Positions 1-7,379 of a DNA stretch of 16,397 nucleotides are shown here, one piece after another. The notes beneath the pieces are model-generated. The model had not been told where the DNA came from. It did not search any database and worked only from the letters and a program-made list of their open reading frames with translations. The DNA is from Nitrospinota bacterium (GTDB lineage Bacteria > UBA8248), in assembly GCA_046581755.1 (NCBI GenBank), contig JAYGFR010000373.1, positions 1 through 16,397 of the forward strand. Reading direction: 5' to 3'. The stretch's first letter is position 1, and every line of letters starts with the position of its first letter. A program made the translations under genes and the position numbers.

Positions 1-1239
1 CGAATAAGGGTCTGTGCGCCGGATCGAGGCATAGTGGAATTCGTGGGCATGGAACCGTGCGCCCGCCTCCTCGCCCAGGGCGGCTTCGCGGAGGGCGGCC
101 TTCCGGTATCCGAGGTGGCGCTCGGGGTCCTGCATCGTGAATTCAACCGGCAACAGCCCAGCCATGGGGTGGGTCCCGCCCTCCCCGTCGGTGATGGACT
201 CGCCCAGGATCATGTAGCCGCCGCATTCTCCGAAGATCGGGACCCCGCGCCCGGCCGCCCGGCGGAGCGCTCCGAACAGTTCCTTTTTCCCGGAAATCTC
301 CCGGGCATGAAGCTCGGGATAGCCTCCCGGAAAGTAGATGGCGTCCGCCGCCGGATGGGGGGTCTCGCCCGCGAGCGGCGAGAAAAGGGAGATTTTGGCC
401 CCCCGCTCCCGCCATGCGGCGGCCAGGTGCGGGTAGAAAAAACGGAAGGCCCGGTCACTGGCGACGGCGGTGTGAGCCCCGGGCGGGGCTGTTCCCCATT
501 CGGCGGGCCCCGGGCGGGGGCCGATTCCGGGCGGACGGAAAAGAGAGAGGAAGGCGGGCCAGTCCGTATGGCGCTCGAACCAATCCGCCGCCCGTTCCAT
601 GAAGGCTTCGAGATCGGGCGCCTCCTCCGCCTGCTTGAGGCCGAGATGGCGGCCCTCCAGGGCCAAATCCGTCTGGCGCGGCAGGACGGAAATGACCGGA
701 CACCCCACCTTCTCGACCGCCACCCGGCACATCTCCCCGTGCCTCGCGCTGGCCGCCTGGTTAAGGACGGCCCCCGCGATCCGGACCATCTCGTTGTGGG
801 TCATGAATCCCCGGACCACCGCCGCCGCCGATTCGGATTGGCCGGCCACGTTGACGGTCAGCAGGACGGGCAGCCCGAAGCGGCCGGCGATCTCGGCGGT
901 CGAGCCCGGACCCACCGCCGATCCGTCGAAGAGGCCCATCACCCCCTCGATGAGGGTGTATTCCGAGCGCTCCTGGAGGCCGCCGAGAATATGATTCAGG
1001 GTGCCCGCCGACATGGCGTAGGTGTCCAGGTTCATGCACTCGGCGCCCGAGGCGGTCCGGTGGAAGGCCGGGTCGATATAGTCCGGCCCCGCCTTGGCCG
1101 AGGAGACGCTGAGCCCCTTGCGCCGCATCGCCCGCAGGGCCGCCAGGGTGACGGTGGTTTTTCCGGTGTTCGAGGCCGTCCCGGCAACGATGAGACCGCC
1201 GGCGGAATTTGCGCGTGGGACGGGGGGACGATCCGGCAT
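1..1239 (-). CDS. cobB: Cobyrinate/hydrogenobyrinate a,c-diamide synthase (CobB/CbiA), 3' end runs off the window
   Basis: Absent from the ORF track because it has no stop in the window. Manual translation of segments from ATG 1239 gives MPDRPPVPRANSAGGLIVAGTASNTGKTTVT (P-loop), KAGPDYIDP, DAIYFPGGYPELH, IFGECGGYMILG (glutaminase Cys) and AHEFHYA, all in one frame. Confidence 0.95.
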   Translation of the reverse strand, partial: MPDRPPVPRANSAGGLIVAGTASNTGKTTVTLAALRAMRRKGLSVSSAKAGPDYIDPAFHRTASGAECMNLDTYAMSAGTLNHILGGLQERSEYTLIEGVMGLFDGSAVGPGSTAEIAGRFGLPVLLTVNVAGQSESAAAVVRGFMTHNEMVRIAGAVLNQAASARHGEMCRVAVEKVGCPVISVLPRQTDLALEGRHLGLKQAEEAPDLEAFMERAADWFERHTDWPAFLSLFRPPGIGPRPGPAEWGTAPPGAHTAVASDRAFRFFYPHLAAAWRERGAKISLFSPLAGETPHPAADAIYFPGGYPELHAREISGKKELFGALRRAAGRGVPIFGECGGYMILGESITDGEGGTHPMAGLLPVEFTMQDPERHLGYRKAALREAALGEEAGARFHAHEFHYASIRRTDPYS

Positions 1240-1260
1240 GTCAGGAAGGATTCGGGCGCA

Positions 1261-2061
1261 TTAGAGCGCGCGTTTCCGGGCCTGTTCCACCCAGTTCAAA
1301 TAGGGACGAAAGGAGACCACGCTTCCGATCACGACCAGGGCCGGGGGTTCGATGGCGGCCTCCCGCGCCTCCTCCACGCAGTCGGAGAGCCGGGTTTCGA
1401 GGACGACCTGCTCCGGCAGGGTCACCCGGCTAACGATGGCCACGGGCTCCCCGGCGCTCCTTCCGGCGGCGAGCAGGTTCTCCACGATACTCGGAAGGTG
1501 GCGCATCGCCATGTAAATCACGATGACGGGAGAGCCCGCCGCGATGGCTTTCCAGTCGATGCCGCCCGGGATGCTGCCGCCCGCGCCGTGGCCGGTCAGG
1601 AAGGTGACGGCCGCGTTGTGGTCGCGGTGGGTCAGGGGAATTCCCGCGTAGGCCAGCCCCCCGACGCCCGAGGTGATCCCGGGGATGATGCGGAACGGAA
1701 TTCCCGCCTCGAAGAGGCGCATGGCCTCCTCGGCCCCCCTGCCGAATACGAAGGGATCGCCCCCCTTCAGGCGGAGCACCCGTTTCCCCTCCCGCGCCGA
1801 TTCGATCAGGCTGAGGGTGATGTCGGGCTGTTTGGGCGAAGGCTTTCCGCCGCGCTTCCCGGCGAATTGCAAAACGGCGTTCTCGCCCGCCATCTCCAGG
1901 ATGGCGGGGCCCACGAGCGCGTCGTAGACAATGACGTCGGCGGCTTCGAGCGCATGGGCGCCCAGCAGGGTGATCAGGCCCGGATCGCCGGGGCCGGCGC
2001 CCGTCAGCCAGACGTGGCCGCCTAAAAATTCGGGCATGGAATAGGACAAAGGTATTTTCAT
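1261..2061 (-). CDS. cobA: Uroporphyrinogen-III C-methyltransferase (SUMT)
   Basis: Motifs VWLTGAGPGDPGLITL, ADVIVYDALV, GKRGGKPS, VLRLKGGDPFVFGRGAEE and GIPLTHRD. Start trimmed from the ORF-track 2148 to ATG 2061 (MKIPLSYS); ATG 2037 (MPEF) is an alternative. Confidence 0.95.
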   Translation of the reverse strand: MKIPLSYSMPEFLGGHVWLTGAGPGDPGLITLLGAHALEAADVIVYDALVGPAILEMAGENAVLQFAGKRGGKPSPKQPDITLSLIESAREGKRVLRLKGGDPFVFGRGAEEAMRLFEAGIPFRIIPGITSGVGGLAYAGIPLTHRDHNAAVTFLTGHGAGGSIPGGIDWKAIAAGSPVIVIYMAMRHLPSIVENLLAAGRSAGEPVAIVSRVTLPEQVVLETRLSDCVEEAREAAIEPPALVVIGSVVSFRPYLNWVEQARKRAL

Positions 2062-2070
2062 GATTTTGGG

Positions 2071-2079
2071 TGATAGAAT
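2071..2079 (+). promoter_or_regulatory. Candidate extended -10 promoter (TGnTAGAAT) for cbiD-cobK
   Basis: TGATAGAAT in the AT-richer divergent intergenic region. No good -35 is visible. Confidence 0.4.
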
Positions 2080-2118
2080 GGAAGCCCATAAAGAGAACAC
2101 GGTGGCCCAACGGGCAAG

Positions 2119-2124
2119 ACTATA
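2119..2124 (-). promoter_or_regulatory. Candidate -10 element (TATAGT) for cobA-cobB
   Basis: Minus strand reads GCGC-TATAGT about 58 nt upstream of cobA ATG 2061. The -35 match is weak. Confidence 0.25.
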
Positions 2125-2162
2125 GCGCAGATTTCCCCCTGAATACATCGGGACGAACCGGC

Positions 2163-3278
2163 ATGCCGCGCAAGAAGGCAGGACCGCTGAGGCGGGGATG
2201 GACCACGGGAGCGTGCGCGGCCGCGGCGGCGAAGGCGGCCTATGCCGCGCTCCTGACGGGGGAGTTTCCCGACCCCGTGACCATTACCCTGCCCCGGGGG
2301 GAGACCCCGAGCTTTCCGCTGGCCACCGAGATTCTCACGGCGGGCGCCGCCAGCGCAGGCATCGTAAAGGACGCCGGAGACGACCCGGATGTGACCCACG
2401 GGGCCCTCATCGTGGCCACCGTCAGGCGGCGCGAGGGGGCGGCGGGCGTCGTGTTCCGGGCGGGCGAGGGCGTCGGCACGGTCACCAAGCCCGGCCTCCC
2501 GGTGGGGGTGGGGGAGCCGGCCATCAATCCGGTTCCAAGAAGGATGATGAGCGAGGTGATCGCCGAGCTGGCGGAGCGCCACGGGGAGCCCGGGAGCGTC
2601 GAGATCGAGATTTCCGTTCCGGGCGGGGCGGAGATGGCCCTCAAGACCTGGAACCCGCGCCTGGGCATCGCCGGGGGGATTTCCATCCTGGGGACGACCG
2701 GGGTGGTGATCCCCTATTCGTGTTCGGCCTGGATTCATTCGATCCACAGCGGCATCGACGTGGCCCGCGCCACCGGCCTGAGCCATGTGGCCGGCTGCAC
2801 GGGCTCGACCTCCGAGAGAGCGGTGCAAACCCTCTATGGGATGATCGATGGAGCCATGCTCGACATGGGGGATTTCGCGGGAGGGATGCTCAAGTATCTC
2901 CGGCGGAACCCCATCCCGAAGCTCACGATTGGCGGCGGGTTCGGAAAACTGAGCAAACTGGCGCGGGGCCATCTCGACCTTCATTCGGGGCGCTCTCAGG
3001 TGGATTTCGACTGGCTGGCCGAGGAGGCCGTCCGGGCGGGGGCCGCAGGGGGATTGTCCGGGGAATTGGCCGGGCGGATGAGGGGAGCCAACACGGCGAA
3101 CGAAATCCTCGCGCTCGCCAGGGAGGCGGGGATTCCCCTGGCCGGCCGGGTGGCGGCCCTGGCCAGGGAGACCGCCGGGAAAGTGCTGGAGGGAGAGCCC
3201 ATCGAGGTGGAGGTGCTGATCTTCGACCGGGAGGGCGGCCTGGCGGGCCGGTGCGGTTTCGGGGGGGACATTTCTTGA
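2163..3278 (+). CDS. cbiD: Cobalt-precorrin-5B C1-methyltransferase CbiD
   Basis: Motifs LRRGWTTGACAAAAAKAA, VKDAGDDPDVTHGA, GEGVGTVTKPGL, AINPVPR, TWNPRLGIAGGISILGTTG and GHLDLHS. Start at ATG 2163 preferred over the ORF-track GTG 2070 because the conserved core begins right after it. Confidence 0.95.
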   Translation: MPRKKAGPLRRGWTTGACAAAAAKAAYAALLTGEFPDPVTITLPRGETPSFPLATEILTAGAASAGIVKDAGDDPDVTHGALIVATVRRREGAAGVVFRAGEGVGTVTKPGLPVGVGEPAINPVPRRMMSEVIAELAERHGEPGSVEIEISVPGGAEMALKTWNPRLGIAGGISILGTTGVVIPYSCSAWIHSIHSGIDVARATGLSHVAGCTGSTSERAVQTLYGMIDGAMLDMGDFAGGMLKYLRRNPIPKLTIGGGFGKLSKLARGHLDLHSGRSQVDFDWLAEEAVRAGAAGGLSGELAGRMRGANTANEILALAREAGIPLAGRVAALARETAGKVLEGEPIEVEVLIFDREGGLAGRCGFGGDIS

Positions 3279-4036
3279 ACCCCTCCGCCGGCGGGACGAA
3301 AAGCGTCCGGACCGCACTCATCCTCGGGGGGACCGGGGAGGCCTACCGGCTTGCCGGAGAAATCGCCGCCGGGCTCGGATGGCGGCCCCTCACGAGCCTG
3401 GCCGGGAGGACCCGGAGCCCCCGCCAGCCTGCCGGGGAGACGATCACCGGAGGCTTCGGCGGCCCCGAGGGGATGATCGATTTCCTGAACGAGCGCCGGA
3501 TCTCGGCGGTGATTGACGCGACCCACCCTTTCGCCGAACGGATCAGCCAAAACGCCGCCGAGGCATGCGCCCGGGCGGGGGTTCCCCTCGTCCGGGTCGA
3601 GCGGCCCCCCTGGCCGGAGGAGCCGGGCTGGCGCCCCGTCCCCGGCCTGAAGGAAGCCGCCGCGTTTTTCCGGGACCGGCGGGAGCGGGTGTTCCTCACG
3701 GTGGGAAAAAAGGAGCTGGAAGCGTTCCAGGACGCGGGGCAGTGCTTTTTCCTGATCCGGACGATCGATCCGGTCGAATCTCCGGTTCCCATCGAAGGCG
3801 CCGAATACATCCAGGGCCGGGGGCCGTTTTCGGCCGAGAGCGAGCGCGGGATTTTGAGCGATTACGGCATCACCTGGCTCGTCGCCAAGAACAGCGGCGG
3901 GGAGGCGGGGGAGGCCAAGCTGATCGCCGCCGGGGAGCTCGGCGTGCGCGTCTGCATGATCTCCCGCCCCGAGGCCCCGGAGGGCGATAGCGTGGAGAGT
4001 GTGGATGAAGCACTGGATTGGCTAGCCCACCTCTGA
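3275..4036 (+). CDS. cobK: (Cobalt-)precorrin-6A reductase CobK/CbiJ
   Basis: C-terminal part of ORF 2198..4036 has LILGGTGEA, SLAGRT, GGFGGPEG, VIDATHPFA, VFLTVG, RGPFS and VAKNSGG. Probable TTG start at 3275 overlaps the cbiD stop (TTGA) and follows a G-rich SD-like tract. Confidence 0.93.
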   Translation: MNPSAGGTKSVRTALILGGTGEAYRLAGEIAAGLGWRPLTSLAGRTRSPRQPAGETITGGFGGPEGMIDFLNERRISAVIDATHPFAERISQNAAEACARAGVPLVRVERPPWPEEPGWRPVPGLKEAAAFFRDRRERVFLTVGKKELEAFQDAGQCFFLIRTIDPVESPVPIEGAEYIQGRGPFSAESERGILSDYGITWLVAKNSGGEAGEAKLIAAGELGVRVCMISRPEAPEGDSVESVDEALDWLAHL

Positions 4037-4813
4037 GGAATCCTTTGGGGAATCCTTTGGGCCCGGCCGGAAGAGGTGCCTGTGGTCCGGATCGTAGAGG
4101 GCGCTGTCCTCGAAGGCGGATTCGGAGAAGACCTCGCCGACCAGGATCAGGGCGGTCCGGGTGATTTTGGCTACCCGCACCTTTTCCCGGATGGTGGACA
4201 GGGTGGCGTGGACAATTCGCTGGTCGGGCCAGCTCGCCCGGTAGACGGCGACGGCGGGGCAGTCCGGGCCGTAGTGGGGGATCAGGGCCTCCTCTATATA
4301 GGCCAGGTTCCGTGCGCTGAGATGGATGGCCAGCGTCGCCCCGGATTTCCCTAAAATCTCCAGCGCCTCGCCCTCGGGCATGGCGGAGGATTTCATCGCC
4401 GTTCGCGTGGCGATGAGGGTCTGGCTGATTCCGGGAAGGGTCAGCTCCCGGCGCAGTTCGGCGGCGGCGGCCGAGTAGGCCGTCACCCCGGGCGTAACGT
4501 CGTAATCGATCCCCATGGAATCGAGGCGGCGCATTTGCTCGGCGATGGCGCCGTAGAGGGAGGGGTCGCCCGAGTGGACGCGGGCGACGGTGCAGTCTTT
4601 TTTTTGCGCGCGCTCATATTCGGCCGCGATCTCGTCCAGGGTCATTCCGGATGTATCGAGGACGCGGGCCCCCTCGGGAGCCGATGCGATCACCTCCTCG
4701 GGAACCAGCGAGCCGGCGTAGAGGCAGACCGGGCATTTCTTAATGAGCCGCGCCCCGCGCAGGGTGATCAGGTCGGGAGCGCCGGGGCCCGCGCCGATGA
4801 AGTGGACTCTCAC
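4022..4813 (-). CDS. cobM: Precorrin-4 C11-methyltransferase CobM/CbiF
   Basis: C-terminal part of ORF 4022..5767 has VHFIGAGPGAPDLITLRG, LYAGSLV, ARVHSGDPSLYGA, ELTLPGISQT and RASWPDQ. GTG start at 4813 overlaps the upstream TGA (GTGA). Confidence 0.95.
   Translation of the reverse strand: MRVHFIGAGPGAPDLITLRGARLIKKCPVCLYAGSLVPEEVIASAPEGARVLDTSGMTLDEIAAEYERAQKKDCTVARVHSGDPSLYGAIAEQMRRLDSMGIDYDVTPGVTAYSAAAAELRRELTLPGISQTLIATRTAMKSSAMPEGEALEILGKSGATLAIHLSARNLAYIEEALIPHYGPDCPAVAVYRASWPDQRIVHATLSTIREKVRVAKITRTALILVGEVFSESAFEDSALYDPDHRHLFRPGPKDSPKDSSEVG
4037..4060. repeat. Perfect 12-bp tandem duplication (GGAATCCTTTGG x2) encoding PKDS-PKDS in the CobM C-terminal tail
   Basis: Read directly: 4037-4048 and 4049-4060 are identical. 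Confidence 0.9.
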
Positions 4814-6657
4814 CGTGCGTCCTCCGGAGCGGTCGCTTGGGCGCCGGGCTTCAAGGGGGGCTTTTGGGCATATCCCCTCGGGGCGTACACGCGGGCCGCG
4901 CCGCCCTCGCCCCGGACGATGCGGGCCTCGGAGGAGCCGACGAGGACCACCGTCAGCATGTCCACGTTTTTCGAGGAGAGCGCCGAAAGTTCGACGATCG
5001 AAACGCTCTCGCCGGGGCGGCCCAAGTTCCGGGCCAGGACGGCGGGCGTATCCGGAGGGCGGTGCTCGAGGAGAATATCCCGGGCGCGGTCGAGCTGGGT
5101 CTTCCGCCGGGCCGAGGCCGGGTTGTAGAAGGCGATATTGAAATCGCCCCGGGCGGCGGCCAGAATCCGCCGCTCGATGACCTCCCAGGGCGTCAGGAGG
5201 TCGGAGAGGGAGATGGCGCAAAAATCGTGTCCCAGCGGAGCGCCCGCGCGCGCGGCGGCGGCCTGGAGGGCGGAGACGCCGGGGGACACCTGGATATGAA
5301 TCCGCCGCCAGGCGGGGTCCTCCTCCCGGCCGAGGCATTCGTAGACGAGCCCCGCCATGGCGTAGATGCCGGGATCGCCCGAGCAGAGAAGGGCTACGCT
5401 CCGGCCCTCCTTCGCCAGATCCAGAGCGGCCCGGACGCGGACCTCCTCTTTGCCCAGCTCGTAGGGGTGAAGGCGCTTTCCATCGGACAGGGGAGCCGCC
5501 ATATCCAGATAGAGCCGGTATCCCACCAGATCGGTCGAGCGCGCGATGAGGGCTTCCGCCTCGGCGGTCCGCCAAGCCGCACCGCCCGGACCCAGCCCCA
5601 CGACGTAAAGATTCCCCTGGGGGATTCCGGGGAAGGGAGGGAGCCAGGGGCCATCCGCGCGGATGCCGATGGCGCAGGTGGCGCGGCGGCTCTTTCTTTT
5701 TTCCAGTGCGAGCGCACTCTCCGGGCCCAGCGCGGCGAGGACGGCCCCTTCGGCCACCCCGTGGCATCCGGTTTCCCGGAAAACCACCTCGGAGGGATTG
5801 GCCAGCCTCGGCGATTCGGTTTCGAGAACATGAGGAGCGAAAAACCGGGCCGGCGCATCGAACATTTCCGCCAGATGGTGGAGCGCCGGCTCATCCGACT
5901 TGAGATCGATCGACACGATGAGCCCCACCGCGCGCGGGTCGATATTCAACGACTCCAGGGATCGATGAACCAGCTCCGCGACCTCCTCCGGCGCGGCGCC
6001 CCTTTCGCAGCCGGCGCCGATGACGACCTTCCGGGGGATGTAGACCAGCGCATCCGGGTCGTCCTCGGGCCTGAAAATCCGCTCCTTGATGCAAAGCGGC
6101 CCGCCGGGATTGGCCGGGAGAGAGGCCTCATGAAGCCAGCCAGCCCCGGCTTCGATCCGCACCCGCTCTCCGGTGAGCAGGCGGGCCGTGAATTCTTTCG
6201 CCCGTTCGGGCCGGTCCAGAACGTAGCCCTCGGGCGGATCGTCCAGGGCGATTCCATAATGAGTGTCCCCCGCCGTGGTGATGGCCGCCGCGCCGTCCAG
6301 CAGGGCGGCCAGCTCCCGTGCCCGGCGGTTCGCGCCCCGGTGCCCTCCCAGGAGGGGGACGATGACCTTGCCGTCCTCGGAGAGCGCCACCACGGAGGGC
6401 TCCGCCGTTTTTTCCGACAAAACCGGCCCCAGAGCGCGAACGAGGATTCCCGCCGCGCAGACCCCGATGATTTCGCGCCCGCCCAGGTAAATCCCTCTCA
6501 AGTGGGGGGCGGCCCGATCGAAAAATACGTCGGCCTCGGATACGCGCCGGGAGGCGCCGTGAATTTCGGCGGAGGGGATGAACTCGCGCACCTTGAGAGC
6601 GGTACCCCGGGCGCTTTCCGTGAGGATGAAGATGACGGGCCGCCCTAGAGGTTCCAT
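4810..6657 (-). CDS. cobJ: CbiG-CobJ(CbiH) fusion: cobalt-precorrin-5A hydrolase domain + precorrin-3B C17-methyltransferase
   Basis: N-terminal CbiG motifs AAGILVR, PLLGGHRGAN, AITTA, IGAGCERG, SIDLKSDEP and GVAEGA. C-terminal methyltransferase motifs YVVGLGPG, SGDPGIYAMA, GAPLGHDFCAISLSDLLTPW, FYNPAS, VDMLTVVLVGS and PRGY. Confidence 0.95.
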   Translation of the reverse strand: MEPLGRPVIFILTESARGTALKVREFIPSAEIHGASRRVSEADVFFDRAAPHLRGIYLGGREIIGVCAAGILVRALGPVLSEKTAEPSVVALSEDGKVIVPLLGGHRGANRRARELAALLDGAAAITTAGDTHYGIALDDPPEGYVLDRPERAKEFTARLLTGERVRIEAGAGWLHEASLPANPGGPLCIKERIFRPEDDPDALVYIPRKVVIGAGCERGAAPEEVAELVHRSLESLNIDPRAVGLIVSIDLKSDEPALHHLAEMFDAPARFFAPHVLETESPRLANPSEVVFRETGCHGVAEGAVLAALGPESALALEKRKSRRATCAIGIRADGPWLPPFPGIPQGNLYVVGLGPGGAAWRTAEAEALIARSTDLVGYRLYLDMAAPLSDGKRLHPYELGKEEVRVRAALDLAKEGRSVALLCSGDPGIYAMAGLVYECLGREEDPAWRRIHIQVSPGVSALQAAAARAGAPLGHDFCAISLSDLLTPWEVIERRILAAARGDFNIAFYNPASARRKTQLDRARDILLEHRPPDTPAVLARNLGRPGESVSIVELSALSSKNVDMLTVVLVGSSEARIVRGEGGAARVYAPRGYAQKPPLKPGAQATAPEDAR

Positions 6658-7379
6658 GCCTGTCCGCGCTTGTGCACCAAGATCATCGAGAAATAAGGGA
6701 CCCCCTCCGGGTCCACCTTATCCAGCGGGAGCGTGCGCTGGGATTCCAGGGTGGCCCGCTCGATATACCGCGATTGGGACAACAGCTCGGCTTCGGCCAG
6801 CACGCCGTAAATTTTCTCGAAGTGGCCTCCCACCTTGATGATGACGGCTGCGTCCGCCCATTCGAGCCGGGCCTTCATCTCCTCCGCCCCCATGGGTCCG
6901 GGCAGCACGATCAGCGTATCGTTCCGGGAGGCGAGCGCCGCGCCCAGCGACGCGCTCCCCGCCATGATGGAGGACACGCCGGGCACCACCTCCACCCGGA
7001 ACTCCCCGGCCATCCGGGAATAGAGGAACATGAAGGAGCCGTAGAAAAAAGGATCGCCCTGGCAAAGATAGGCCACATCGCGGCCCGCTCTCAGGTGGCC
7101 GCCCAGCTCCCCGCTTGCCCAGTCGTAGACCTCCTGGGCCGGAAACCGGTCCGCACGCATGGGCATCCTGATCTGGATCTCCTCTTTATCCATCTCATCC
7201 AGGTAGGGAGCCACGATCCGCCGCGTGAAGCTCTCCCCCTCGGCGGGGGCCGGATAGGCGATGACGGGCGCGGCGCGGATGAGGCGGTGCGCCTTCAGGG
7301 TCAGGAGTTCCGGGTCGCCGGGCCCGACGCCGATGCCGTAGAGGGTTCCGCAACCATCGGGTCCTGCATGAGCCGCCAT
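6645..7379 (-). CDS. cobI: Precorrin-2/cobalt-factor II C20-methyltransferase CobI/CbiL
   Basis: C-terminal part of ORF 6645..8624 has LYGIGVGPGDPELLTLKA, GDPFFYGSF, VVPGVSS, IIKVG, YIERAT and VPYFSMIL. ATG 7379 overlaps the upstream TAA (TAATG). Confidence 0.95.
   Translation of the reverse strand: MAAHAGPDGCGTLYGIGVGPGDPELLTLKAHRLIRAAPVIAYPAPAEGESFTRRIVAPYLDEMDKEEIQIRMPMRADRFPAQEVYDWASGELGGHLRAGRDVAYLCQGDPFFYGSFMFLYSRMAGEFRVEVVPGVSSIMAGSASLGAALASRNDTLIVLPGPMGAEEMKARLEWADAAVIIKVGGHFEKIYGVLAEAELLSQSRYIERATLESQRTLPLDKVDPEGVPYFSMILVHKRGQAWNL

Noticed and set aside
34..2025. 663-aa plus-strand ORF
   Set aside because: Antisense shadow of cobB and cobA, which share a frame. It has no recognisable motifs, and such ORFs are expected from high-GC codon bias.
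2062..2162. Cobalamin riboswitch in the intergenic gaps
   Set aside because: Gaps are 21-101 bp and lack a recognisable B12-box or conserved core. A riboswitch could lie upstream of cobN, outside the window.
3261..3267. G7 homopolymer as a phase-variation tract
   Set aside because: The run is short, expected at this GC content, and plausibly serves as the SD region for cobK.
2198..3274. Long N-terminal extensions in the ORF track (2198..4036, 4022..5767, 6645..8624, 7379..9316, 8662..10248, 11059..13242) suggesting fusions or frameshifts
   Set aside because: These are Arg/Gly/Pro-rich off-frame reads through the upstream gene. Each upstream gene is complete and each downstream gene has a start overlapping the upstream stop.
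4837..6648. 603-aa plus-strand ORF (also 6672..8033, 10120..11193, 11951..12919)
   Set aside because: Antisense shadows of well-supported cob genes with no domain signatures.
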